NCBI GenBank assembly: GCA_021734325.1
Contig: JAIPJF010000005.1
Coordinates: 4,028-68,027, forward strand
DNA length: 64,000 nt
Reading direction: 5' to 3'
Origin: Fidelibacterota bacterium
Lineage (GTDB): Bacteria; Fidelibacterota; UBA8477; JABMPR01
A program made the translations under genes and the position numbers. How positions within the stretch are numbered: the first letter of the stretch is position 1; every line of letters starts with the position of its first letter. This document shows positions 1 through 9,302 of the stretch, one piece after another. The notes under the pieces were generated by a model. That model saw only the letters and a list, made by a program, of their open reading frames with translations. It searched no databases and was not told the DNA's origin.

Positions 1-1289
1 CCTACCGTATCGATCTTTCCATGTACTCCTGTGAGGACCTTGCCGATGCTGTTGATCCAAGTGATGGATCCCAGAACCAGGCTCCCGTTGCAGAAGCAGG
101 TGCTGATCAATCAATCGATTGTGTGGTAGAATCAGCAGACGTGACCTTGAGTGGTTCCGGTAGTGATGCTGATGGTGATGACCTGACCTACAGCTGGAGC
201 GATGGTAGTTCAGTTGTTTCTACTGACGCCAGTTTCACAACTTCACTTGGTGGCGGTAGTCATACATTTACACTGACCGTTTCAGATGGCCAGGTAAGTG
301 CTTCGGATGTTGTGACTATAACTGTCAATCTGGATGAAACTGCTCCTACTCTGACCCTGCCAGGTGACATCACACAGGCAAATGATCCTGGTGTTTGTGG
401 TGCTGTAGTGAGTTTTGAAGTGACTGGCGATGATGATTGCAGTGCCGTGACAGTGGTATCTGACCCGGAATCTGGTAGCTTGTTCGGAGTTGGAACGACG
501 ACTGTAAATGTGACAGCCACAGATGCTGCTGGTAATGAGACTACAGGTTCATTCAAGGTTACAGTCGAGGATAACGAAGCCCCAAGTTTCGTTGTCTCTG
601 GTACACCCACAGTCATGTGGCCGCCAAATCACAAATACAGCTCCTTTGATGCATCTGACTTTGTTGTCTCCGTAGATGATAATTGCTCGGATCTCAGTGC
701 AGCTGATGTTGTGATCACGCGTGTTACCAGTGACGAAGCTGAGGATGCAAAAGGCGGTGGTGACGGTAGTACCAAGAAAGACATGGTTATCAATGGAACT
801 TCTCTCGATCTACGTGCCGAAAGACAGGGTGGCGGTAACGGAAGAGTCTATACGATCTATCTGTCCGTATCCGATGAGCATGGTAATTCCAGTACTGCTA
901 GTTATCAGGTCCAGGTCCCCCATGATAAGAAGGATACGGCCTTTGATGACGGTCCGGCATACGAGGTGAATGGTTCTACCTTAGGGAAATTCACTGGAAA
1001 CCGTGATAATGCAGATCTTATTCCTGACCGATATATGCTGGCACAAAACTATCCGAACCCCTTTAACCCCAGTACCAGCATCAGATACGATATGCCTGAG
1101 GAGGGATTCGTGAGCTTGAGTGTTTATGATATACAGGGTGCCTTTGTTGCACAATTGGTACGTGATTACCAGTCAGCTGGAATCCATCAGGTAAACTTTG
1201 ATGCGAGCAGCCTGGCTGCTGGAACCTACTTGTATGTTCTCAAGGTCAATGGTGAACATCAGGTTAGGAAAATGCTCCTCGTCAAATAA
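1..1289 (+). CDS. Surface protein with PKD-like and HYR-like Ig-fold repeats and a T9SS C-terminal sorting domain; the 5' end lies outside the window
   Basis: The frame is open from base 3 to the window edge, and the first Met (21) has no signal peptide. 'DLTYSWSDGS...HTFTLTVSDGQ' is PKD-like. 'APTLTLPGDITQANDPGVCGAVVSFEVTG...GTTTVNVTATDAAGNETT' is HYR-like. The C-terminus 'NYPNPFNPSTSIRYDMPEEGFVSLSVYDIQG...YLYVLKVNGE..KMLLVK' is the classic Por_Secre_tail (T9SS type A) signal. Confidence 0.8.
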   Translation, partial: YRIDLSMYSCEDLADAVDPSDGSQNQAPVAEAGADQSIDCVVESADVTLSGSGSDADGDDLTYSWSDGSSVVSTDASFTTSLGGGSHTFTLTVSDGQVSASDVVTITVNLDETAPTLTLPGDITQANDPGVCGAVVSFEVTGDDDCSAVTVVSDPESGSLFGVGTTTVNVTATDAAGNETTGSFKVTVEDNEAPSFVVSGTPTVMWPPNHKYSSFDASDFVVSVDDNCSDLSAADVVITRVTSDEAEDAKGGGDGSTKKDMVINGTSLDLRAERQGGGNGRVYTIYLSVSDEHGNSSTASYQVQVPHDKKDTAFDDGPAYEVNGSTLGKFTGNRDNADLIPDRYMLAQNYPNPFNPSTSIRYDMPEEGFVSLSVYDIQGAFVAQLVRDYQSAGIHQVNFDASSLAAGTYLYVLKVNGEHQVRKMLLVK

Positions 1290-1310
1290 ACCAACCCGTA
1301 AATATGAACA

Positions 1311-1345
1311 AAACAAAAGCTCCAGAAATGGGGCTTTTGTTTTGC
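1311..1345 (+). terminator. Rho-independent terminator after the T9SS cargo gene
   Basis: Stem aaacaaaagctcc / ggggcttttgttt (one G-U pair), 6-nt loop agaaat, running into the T-rich tract ttttgttttg. It lies about 20 nt after the stop codon. Confidence 0.8.
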
Positions 1346-1634
1346 TCTCATTACCGAATGCCTACCTTCGTCAAAATATAAACGAAGAGTTATGCCAAAT
1401 ATCATTAGCCAGTACCTCATCTAAAACAGGGCAATGAATTTGGTGAAATAGTTTAATGGTGTTGTTCCTTCTTCCTGAGCCACCACAAGTTTGGCTGAAT
1501 TTGACAGTCAATCATTCCACAGAGCTTATTTAGTTGTTCCCCACACCACTTAATACGATATTGTTACACCTTGCTAAACATTCTGGGGAAAATATGGAAG
1601 CGTTCTAGCAGATTGTCGGGCTCTAGGGGGCAAA

Positions 1635-4600
1635 ATGAATCTTAGTAAAAAAGATCTCAGAGCACAGAACTCAGAAATCGAATATTCTCATGAATTGATG
1701 CAGTACATCATTGAGCACAGTCGCAGTGCCATTGCAGTTCATGACAAAGACTTAAAATATATATACGTCAGTCGCCGCTATCTTGAAGAGTACGGAGTAC
1801 AAGAGCAGGATGTTATCGGCAAACATCACTACGACATATTTCCAGACCTCCCCCAGAAATGGAGAGATGTTCATCAGAGGGTTCTAGCTGGAGAGATATT
1901 AAGCGCTGAAGACGATCCCTATCCCAGGGCAGATGGACGTGTTGACTGGACCCGATGGGAGTGCCGTCCCTGGTATGAATCTGATGGTTCCATCGGTGGA
2001 ATTATCGTTTATACCGAGGTCATTACCGAACGCAAACAGGCAGAAATTCGTTTAGCCGAAAGTGAAGAGCGATTCCGTAATATGTTTCAGAAGCATAATG
2101 CCATTATGCTTTTGATCAACCCTGAGAGTGGAAAGATTATTGATTCAAATAATGCGGCGGTGTCATTCTATGGCTATTCGAGCCAACAACTATCAGAGCT
2201 TCGGATCCAGGATATAAACCAGTTATCTGATGATGAGATAGCCGAAGAGATGCGAAAGGTCCTCAATCAATCAAAAAATTATTTCATTTTCCCACACAAA
2301 CTAGCCAATGGCAAAATTCGCACAGTCGAGGTTCACTCGACACCGATGGAAATCGATAATAATACGCTACTCTTTTCCATAGTTAATGATATCACCAAGC
2401 GCAAGCAGGCCGAAAAGACCATTCAGAAGCAACAGTATTATCTCGAAAAAGCCCAGGAAATGGGAAGCATTGGTACCTGGGAGCTTGACATAAAAGAGAA
2501 TGTTCTCATCTGGACAGAGGAGAACTATCGGATATTTGGGGTACCCATTGGAACCCCTCTCACCTATGAGATCTTTTTTAATCAGGTACACCCTGAGGAC
2601 AGAGATCATGTGAATCATGCATGGATGGCTGCCCTGGAAGGCAAGCCATATGACATTGAACATCGTTTGCTGATCAACGACAAGGTAAAATGGGTAAGAG
2701 AAAAAGCTGATATTGATTTTGATGAGAATAGGAAAGCAGTCCGTGGCATTGGATTCACTCAGGATATTTCAGATCGCAAGAACACGGAATTGGCACTGGT
2801 AGCCGAGAAAACCACCGCTCAAAAATATCTGGATATTGCCGGGGTCATGATCGTTAGTTTGAATGCAGAGGGTAAAATCACGCTCATCAATAAAAAGGGA
2901 TGTGAAATACTTGGTTATTCTTATCGTGAAATAATAAATAAGGACTGGTTTAAGCTATGTATTCCTGAAGAAGAGCGTGAAATGATCAAGGGTGTCTTCC
3001 AGAAGCTGTTTGAAGGCAAGATGGAGCTCATTGAGTATTATGAAAGTTCAGTTATTACTAAGGAGGGCGAAACTCGGGTAATTGCCTTTCATAATTCAGT
3101 AATCAGGGATGAGAACTCACAAATCACACATATCCTGTCTTCTGGTGAGGATATCACTGAAAGAAAGCTTTCTGAGAGGATGTTGAAGGAGGTTACAGAC
3201 CGTTATGCCATGGCCATGAACGCAACAAAGGATGGCATATTTGACTGGAACCTGGTAACGAATGAAATATACTACTCTCCAGGGTGGAAGGGTATGCTGG
3301 GCTTTGCTGATGATGAACTAGCGAACGATTTTTCCATTTGGGAGCAATTAACTGCACCCGAGGATGTGGAAAGATCCTGGAAAATGCAGACAGAGCTTAT
3401 CAACAGAAAACGTGATCGCTTTGAAATAGAATTCAAAATGAAACATAAGGATGGACATTGGGTTGATATCCTGTCTCGTGCAAATGCAGTTTTTGATGAT
3501 ACGGGGCAGGCTATTAGAATAGTTGGAACGCATATTGATATCAGTGAGCGGAAGCGAGCAGAAGCAGAGAAATTGGCCCTGGAAAGCCAGTTGCTTCGGT
3601 CTCAAAAGCTGGAGGCCATCGGCACGATGGCCGGCGGGATCGCCCATGATCTCAACAACATTTTACAAGAGCTCTATCTGTATACGGGGATCCTCAAGGA
3701 TCGCCTGCCTGCTGATGAACAACTGCATTCGATTGTTCAGAACATCAAGGCAGCTGAATATCGTGCCAGTGATCTGGTCTCTCAAATGCTCACCTTTAGT
3801 CGACGAGAAAAAACAGAGCTAAAACCAGTCAAGATTCAGAATCTTCTTAAGGAAGCACTAACACTTATACGGGCTTCAACACCCTCAACCATCGAGATCA
3901 ATCACAACATCGACACAGACTGTGGTGCTGTGCTAGGCAATGTCAGCCAGGTTCCCCAGGTGATCATCAATCTGTGTAACAATGCCGTCCACGCCATGCG
4001 AGATGGTGGCGGTACTTTGTCTGTTAGCCTCAGGGAAGTGGATGCACTGATTAAAACGGAGGCAGGAGAAGTGGTACCGTCAGAGAATGGCGTTGTAGAG
4101 CTTATGGTTAACGATACCGGCCACGGAATGGATTCGGAAACATTGGATCTGATCTTTGATCCCTTCTTTACCACAAAAGATGTGAATGAGGGTACAGGTC
4201 TGGGCTTGTCCATGGTCCACGGGATTGTGAAAAGTATGCACGGCCAGATTGAGGTGATGAGTGAACCAGCTAAAGGAACAAGCATTAGAGTCCTGTTCCC
4301 CATCACTGCCGAACAAGAGCAGCAAAGTGGTGACCCCGCAGAAGCGCCCAGAAAACCCTCCAGAGCATTAAAAATCATCTTTGTGGATGATGATGCCATG
4401 ATCGCCAATGCCGGTAAACTGATCCTCGAAGCAGAGGGCCACATAGTCGATACTGCGAAAGATGGACACGAGGCATTGGAACTCTTTCAAAAAGAAGCAA
4501 GTAGTTATGATCTGATTATTACCGATCTTACCATGCCCAGGGTGACAGGATTGGAGCTGGGAAATGCTGTGCGAGAGCTCTCTGCAGACGTGCTCCTGGT

Positions 4601-4757
4601 TTTGATCAGTGGTAATCTTGATCCTAAATTGCAATCAGAATTTGAATTACACGGTTTCAATGCTTTTTTACGGAAACCCTGGACAGCTACTGAATTGATC
4701 AGCATGATCAATTCGCTGGAGCTTGGGAGACATTCTCAAAATCCAGGAGGGTCTTAA
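1635..4757 (+). CDS. Hybrid sensor histidine kinase: about five PAS/PAC domains, HisKA, HATPase_c and a C-terminal receiver
   Basis: Repeated PAS/PAC blocks each end in '..DITERK/DISERK'. The H-box is 'LEAIGTMAGGIAHDLNNILQ'. The G-boxes are 'DTGHGMDSETLDLIFDPFFTTK..GTGLGLSMVHGIV'. The receiver is 'KIIFVDDD...DLIITDLTMP...LISG...FLRKP'. Confidence 0.9.
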   Translation: MNLSKKDLRAQNSEIEYSHELMQYIIEHSRSAIAVHDKDLKYIYVSRRYLEEYGVQEQDVIGKHHYDIFPDLPQKWRDVHQRVLAGEILSAEDDPYPRADGRVDWTRWECRPWYESDGSIGGIIVYTEVITERKQAEIRLAESEERFRNMFQKHNAIMLLINPESGKIIDSNNAAVSFYGYSSQQLSELRIQDINQLSDDEIAEEMRKVLNQSKNYFIFPHKLANGKIRTVEVHSTPMEIDNNTLLFSIVNDITKRKQAEKTIQKQQYYLEKAQEMGSIGTWELDIKENVLIWTEENYRIFGVPIGTPLTYEIFFNQVHPEDRDHVNHAWMAALEGKPYDIEHRLLINDKVKWVREKADIDFDENRKAVRGIGFTQDISDRKNTELALVAEKTTAQKYLDIAGVMIVSLNAEGKITLINKKGCEILGYSYREIINKDWFKLCIPEEEREMIKGVFQKLFEGKMELIEYYESSVITKEGETRVIAFHNSVIRDENSQITHILSSGEDITERKLSERMLKEVTDRYAMAMNATKDGIFDWNLVTNEIYYSPGWKGMLGFADDELANDFSIWEQLTAPEDVERSWKMQTELINRKRDRFEIEFKMKHKDGHWVDILSRANAVFDDTGQAIRIVGTHIDISERKRAEAEKLALESQLLRSQKLEAIGTMAGGIAHDLNNILQELYLYTGILKDRLPADEQLHSIVQNIKAAEYRASDLVSQMLTFSRREKTELKPVKIQNLLKEALTLIRASTPSTIEINHNIDTDCGAVLGNVSQVPQVIINLCNNAVHAMRDGGGTLSVSLREVDALIKTEAGEVVPSENGVVELMVNDTGHGMDSETLDLIFDPFFTTKDVNEGTGLGLSMVHGIVKSMHGQIEVMSEPAKGTSIRVLFPITAEQEQQSGDPAEAPRKPSRALKIIFVDDDAMIANAGKLILEAEGHIVDTAKDGHEALELFQKEASSYDLIITDLTMPRVTGLELGNAVRELSADVLLVLISGNLDPKLQSEFELHGFNAFLRKPWTATELISMINSLELGRHSQNPGGS

Positions 4758-4770
4758 TCCCTCTTATTTA

Positions 4771-5304
4771 TTAATCAGAATTGGATGGCCAGGGACGCTT
4801 ACTCTCAGCCTGTATCCAGGCGTTTACCCAATCCGGAAGGGGCTCATTCCAGTCAAGGTCTGGGAATTCCTTGAGCACCTCTTTTGCCGGTATCAATCCA
4901 GATTTAGATACCACCCCGGCTTTCACCAATGCTGAAGAGCAAATGTTGTCCTGACACCACATTTCCTGCAAAAAATAGAACCAACGCTCATCATGGGAGA
5001 GCACACGGGACTTTAAAGTGTATCTTCTCAAAAAGGGAATTCTGCGACGGTAGCGGATGCTGATACCGCCCACTGCCAACCCCCAATTCTTTTTGCGCAC
5101 CACCTCCATCAGTCCGACTCTCACACCAAGATCATAGCGCCCCAGATCCATGAGAGTGAGCTGGCGACCATTATTAATTTCGCCGTACATATCAATATCG
5201 TTGATTCCTGCTCTCAACGTGATCTGACTGATCCCGTCAAATTGAAGTGTAGGTCTAAAACGAGCGGTTAGTACTGTTCGCAGGGTAAGCAGATAGGGAT
5301 ACAT
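4771..5304 (-). CDS. Hotdog-fold acyl-CoA thioesterase-like protein (4HBT_2-like)
   Basis: 177 aa. The 'INDIDMYGEINNGRQLTLMDLGRYDLGVRVGL' pattern resembles thioesterase-like hotdog proteins. It converges with the kinase gene across a 13-nt gap. Confidence 0.55.
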   Translation of the reverse strand: MYPYLLTLRTVLTARFRPTLQFDGISQITLRAGINDIDMYGEINNGRQLTLMDLGRYDLGVRVGLMEVVRKKNWGLAVGGISIRYRRRIPFLRRYTLKSRVLSHDERWFYFLQEMWCQDNICSSALVKAGVVSKSGLIPAKEVLKEFPDLDWNEPLPDWVNAWIQAESKRPWPSNSD

Positions 5305-5539
5305 ACTTTCACGAGCCTTTGCTTTGAATATTTAGTCATCAGTTTATTTCCAGTTATATAGAAATGCAGGCCCCTTAAAACAACATGTATTGGGCAATAT
5401 AAAGGAAAGTAATGAGTTGAATACACGCTTCAGGTAGGGTTTTGCCGTGGAAGAAACTGAAGTCCATTGTTCGGGTCACGAGAATCTGATAAGCTCTAGC
5501 ACCTCTAAATTTTGTCGGGACGAAATATTTTCTGTCACC

Positions 5540-6571
5540 TTATTCTGGCACGCCAAGGGCAACCAGGGGAACACCAGGATGGGCCGCTGCTGAGTCGGCA
5601 TGTCCGAGAATCAATCCTGCCTGGCTGGCCTTAATGGTCTCCAGACGTTTCCCGAATACATTCCTGATCTGAGCAAGACCCTGGCCTCCTCTGACAGACA
5701 TCCCCGGTTTTACCATGAAGCGGATGACGCCTGTGTGAGTTCCGTATGGTTTATCAGTGTAACGCAGGATTCTCCTCGCTTGATATTGGGAAGGAAGGGG
5801 ATATCTAAAGGGCTCTGTCGTCTGGTGAACAATGCCTAATGTTGCCAGCATATTCCATATACCATTGAATCCGTGTTCCAGATTCAGCTCGCTGAAAACG
5901 TGGGGTTTCCCCAATTCGACTGTTAAAGCGGGGATGTTTTTTTGCAGGAGAGTGTAGGACAGGGATGTGTATAATTCATCCGTATCCCTGATCACACAAA
6001 AGCCTGAATCAAGTGCGATGCGCTGGATAAATGAAACAGTTTCAGCTTGTGCCTTTCCCGGGTCATGGTCAATGAGGACATAGGGAATTGATTCAATCCA
6101 GTCATTATGCAGGTCCAGCACCAGATCAGGTCGGGTCTCTTCGATCACCTTCGATATGGCATGGGCCATGCGTTCACCAAGAGTACCATCCGGATTTCCA
6201 GGGAATGAACGATTCAGATCTTCCCTGCTAAGCGGGAGATGACGTGTGGCTGTTTCAAATCCCAATGGATTCATCAGGGGCAAGGCATGAACGGAGCCAC
6301 ATAAAAGGGCTTTGCCAAGACGTTTGAAGAGCTCCTGAATGATCACCATTCCACTGACCTCATCTCCGTGCCCACAGGCGGTGAGCCAGAGGGTCGGACC
6401 TGGTACGGGGCTCACAATGGACATACGGGGCAGCCGACGACGGGTAAGATCCGAGGCTGACAGAATATTCACAAAGGAGTAATGTTTACTTGCTGTCTTA
6501 TGTGATGAATTCAAATGCTTCAAAATTACTCCTCGATTAGCTCGGATATGTTCGTCCAAAGTGGGGTTCAT
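5540..6571 (-). CDS. Succinylglutamate desuccinylase/aspartoacylase (AstE/AspA) family zinc hydrolase
   Basis: 'GPTLWLTACGHGDEVSGMVIIQEL' carries the HxxE zinc motif. 'NPLGFE...R....DLNRSFPG' and 'LDLHND' are typical of M14-like AstE/AspA proteins. Confidence 0.7.
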   Translation of the reverse strand: MNPTLDEHIRANRGVILKHLNSSHKTASKHYSFVNILSASDLTRRRLPRMSIVSPVPGPTLWLTACGHGDEVSGMVIIQELFKRLGKALLCGSVHALPLMNPLGFETATRHLPLSREDLNRSFPGNPDGTLGERMAHAISKVIEETRPDLVLDLHNDWIESIPYVLIDHDPGKAQAETVSFIQRIALDSGFCVIRDTDELYTSLSYTLLQKNIPALTVELGKPHVFSELNLEHGFNGIWNMLATLGIVHQTTEPFRYPLPSQYQARRILRYTDKPYGTHTGVIRFMVKPGMSVRGGQGLAQIRNVFGKRLETIKASQAGLILGHADSAAAHPGVPLVALGVPE

Positions 6572-6798
6572 TCCCGACAGCTTAAACTCTTTTCATAGAC
6601 AAGTTGGGTGGTCTCTGATCCCAAGTGCGCATAAATTTAATTCTTTTACCACTCATTAGATCAATTGATTTTAGGCCTTGGAAAATTGTGTGACCACTGT
6701 CCGATTCTGTCTGAGGACTTACCTTAGACCATTTTTTTCTCGCCCACTCCTGACCCCCATTAATTGAGTGTCCTATTGATATTCGCTTCAACAGGAGT

Positions 6799-6827
6799 AT
6801 ATTCAATTTTCGCTTAAAATTGAATAT
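6799..6827. promoter_or_regulatory. AT-rich perfect inverted repeat immediately upstream of the TPR kinase gene (possible operator or hairpin)
   Basis: atattcaatttt-cgctt-aaaattgaatat: 12-bp arms with a 5-nt spacer, ending 18 nt before the ATG at 6845. Confidence 0.3.
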
Positions 6828-6844
6828 GTGGAGCATGTAAGGGT

Positions 6845-9049
6845 ATGCACTGGTACGCTATATTTTTCCTTCTGTTTAGTATCACTCAACTTTTTTCAGG
6901 TATTGACAGCTTGAGGTATGTGATCAGTAACACGACTGGGGCCGATCGGATTAAGGCCAGGCTGGAATATTCTGAGGAAAGCGCTGGCAGTGATTATAAA
7001 AGCGCAGTCAGTCAAGCTGAGGATGCCTTGGCAGAAGCGAGGGCTATCCACGACCAGAGTTTTACTGTGCGAGCTCTGACCCAATTATCGATACTCGAAA
7101 GACAAAAAAGTGATCTGGACAATGCAGAAAAGCATTTACTACTTGCACTCCCGCTTGCTGAAGAAATGAAGGACTTTGAGTTGAGCAGTAAAATTCGCAT
7201 GGAGTTAGGGCGGGTCTATATCTCACGCGGTGATAATTACATGGCTATGGAATATGTCAAAAATGCCAGAGATGATGCAGAGAAGATCAATAATCATAGG
7301 ATTCTGGGATCCTGTTATGCCATGATTAGTAATATTTACAGGGTGCTCGGCGTCTTTGACAAATCCCTGGAGTCAATTATTCAGGCGAAAAGTGAATACG
7401 AATTGGCAGGTTTTGAGGAGGGGGCGGCTTGGGTTGCCTACTCTTTGGGTCGTCTTTATCGTGATCTCGGTATGTATGATGAGGCAATGAATTCTGTAAA
7501 TGAGGCATTAGCGACTTACTCAATCATGGCCGAAGCAAATGGTGATAGTATCGGTGTCGCGCTCTGTCTCGATCAAATCGGATTGCTCCATTTGGAGCAG
7601 AATAATGCTGAACTCGCACAGAGTTACCTCCTACGATCCTTGAAGATTTACACTGAGGGAAATTCGAATTATGGAGTCTCCAACGCCCGGAAAAATCTGG
7701 GGAAAGTGGCATATGTCAATGGGCATTATACCATAGCAAAAGAATATCTCCAACAATCTCTGGAAGAGAAGCTTCGGATTCATGATGCTCTCGGCATTCC
7801 AGGTGTCTATGAATATTTGGGACTGGTTCTTGTTGGAGAGGGCCATTGGCAGGCAGGAGTCGATACGCTTATCGTTGGTTTGGAGAAGGCGAATTCCAAC
7901 AATCAACGCCAGGCTCAGTTTAATCTCAATGGGCATTTGGCGCACGCTTTCGAGGATGTCAATATGCCGTTAGAGGCTATAAAATATTATAAATTGCAAC
8001 ATAGTTTACAGGACTCTATTCTTCCCAATCCCGTTCGATTCAAACTGCCTGAACTTCGCAGTATATACGAGTCTGAGCAAAATCGTCAGGAAATCAAAGA
8101 GCTTAATCAGAAAAATGAGATCATCAAATTGGAATTGGCGCGACAGCGAGCGATTCAATGGGGATTATATATTGGCAGTTTGTTCCTGCTCATCTTTACC
8201 GCAGTGGTGATCAGACAATACCTAAATGTTCGCAGTTTGAATTCAGTGAATGAAGAACTGATCAAAAATCTGCAGCTGGAAATCAAACAGCGTAAAAAAG
8301 CTGAAGCTGAGCGCCTCATTGTTGAAAATAAACTGAGACAATCTCAAAAGCTGGAGGCAGTGGGTACCATGGTGAATGGTATTGCCCATGAGCTGAACAA
8401 TGTTCTTCAACGGATATTTCTGTATGCTGGAATTTTGGAGAATCAACTCCAGGATGTCAATAGTAAGCATAGTTTGAAAGCAATCATGGACAGCGGTGAA
8501 TACGCAAAGAAGATTGTTACCCAGGTTATGATTTTCAGTCGGAGATCAATCGCAGCCATGGAAGCACAGGATCTTCAGCCCATCCTGAAGGATGCCCTTG
8601 ACCTGGTAAAAGCTGAACTTCCCACACAGATAGAGCTCATTGAAAATATCCCCGAAGACCTTGGTCCAGTCCTGTGTGATGCCACTCAAATGAAGGAAGT
8701 TATTTCAAATTTATTAAAGAATGCTCTTGAAGCGATGGTCGATGGTGGCAAGCTGAGTATTGATTTGCACAAGGTCATGTCCAGCGAGCTGAATGGAAAT
8801 ATAAATGAATCGAAGAATCAGGTCTCCCTTGAATTGAGTATCTCAGATACGGGTCATGGAATTGACCCAGAGACACTTGAAAAAATATTTGATCCCTTTT
8901 TCACAACCAAAGAGGTTGGGAAAGGAACAGGTTTGGGTCTATCGGTTGCACATGGTCTGATCACCCAAATGGGCGGAAGTATTTCGGTGGCAAGCCAGAT
9001 CGGGGTGGGGAGCACCTTTCGGATTTTGCTACCGCTTTTTGAATCCTGA
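6845..9049 (+). CDS. TPR-repeat sensor histidine kinase
   Basis: N-terminal signal/anchor, then about 400 aa of TPR-like repeats ('AAWVAYSLGRLYRDLGMYDEAMNSVNEAL'), one TM helix ('WGLYIGSLFLLIFTAVVI') and a coiled coil. The H-box is 'LEAVGTMVNGIAHELNNVLQ'. The ATPase region is 'DTGHGIDPETLEKIFDPFFTTK..GTGLGLSVAHG'. Confidence 0.85.
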   Translation: MHWYAIFFLLFSITQLFSGIDSLRYVISNTTGADRIKARLEYSEESAGSDYKSAVSQAEDALAEARAIHDQSFTVRALTQLSILERQKSDLDNAEKHLLLALPLAEEMKDFELSSKIRMELGRVYISRGDNYMAMEYVKNARDDAEKINNHRILGSCYAMISNIYRVLGVFDKSLESIIQAKSEYELAGFEEGAAWVAYSLGRLYRDLGMYDEAMNSVNEALATYSIMAEANGDSIGVALCLDQIGLLHLEQNNAELAQSYLLRSLKIYTEGNSNYGVSNARKNLGKVAYVNGHYTIAKEYLQQSLEEKLRIHDALGIPGVYEYLGLVLVGEGHWQAGVDTLIVGLEKANSNNQRQAQFNLNGHLAHAFEDVNMPLEAIKYYKLQHSLQDSILPNPVRFKLPELRSIYESEQNRQEIKELNQKNEIIKLELARQRAIQWGLYIGSLFLLIFTAVVIRQYLNVRSLNSVNEELIKNLQLEIKQRKKAEAERLIVENKLRQSQKLEAVGTMVNGIAHELNNVLQRIFLYAGILENQLQDVNSKHSLKAIMDSGEYAKKIVTQVMIFSRRSIAAMEAQDLQPILKDALDLVKAELPTQIELIENIPEDLGPVLCDATQMKEVISNLLKNALEAMVDGGKLSIDLHKVMSSELNGNINESKNQVSLELSISDTGHGIDPETLEKIFDPFFTTKEVGKGTGLGLSVAHGLITQMGGSISVASQIGVGSTFRILLPLFES

Positions 9050-9302
9050 CAGCTTGTTCGCGAAGTCGTATCGGGAAATTACCTGGAAAACCAGGTCAGT
9101 TCGTGGATTTCGCAGAAATAAATTATTGAAATAGATCAACTTCTTAATGTTTAAGCCATTCCTTGAGTTCCGGATTCCGGCTTTCCCTCCAAAACCCAGT
9201 TAAAAAAAACAAGTGTGCTAAATCACCTAAGGTTTTGATTTCTTTTACCTTTACAAAAAATTAATGTAAATTAATGATAGAATTTTAACTGCCAAGGAGG
9301 CA

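Noticed and set aside
1443-1505. tRNA-like start 'ggtgaaatagtttaatggt' in the intergenic region upstream of the PAS kinase
   Set aside because: No complementary acceptor 3' strand, no anticodon stem and no GTTCGAATC-type T-loop follow. It cannot fold into a cloverleaf.
260-4711. Multiple antisense or off-frame ORFs inside the first two genes (e.g. 260-616, 2367-2663, 3902-4444, 4368-4634)
   Set aside because: They are shadow ORFs lying entirely within long, motif-rich genes on the other strand or frame. Their translations are low-complexity with no recognisable motifs. The same reasoning applies to similar shadow ORFs throughout the track (e.g. 9330-9950, 38186-38698, 43703-44104, 49828-50292).
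6582-6836. 84-aa ORF in the divergent promoter region between the AstE-like gene and the TPR kinase
   Set aside because: It has no RBS, a basic low-complexity translation, and it fills an AT-rich regulatory spacer. It is most likely non-coding.
9081-9096. Short hairpins after the TPR kinase (acctgg-aaaa-ccaggt) and after icd (ccattga-N14-tcaatgg, 15563-15590) as terminators
   Set aside because: The stems are only 6-7 bp with no following U-tract. That is too weak to call, although they may contribute to termination.
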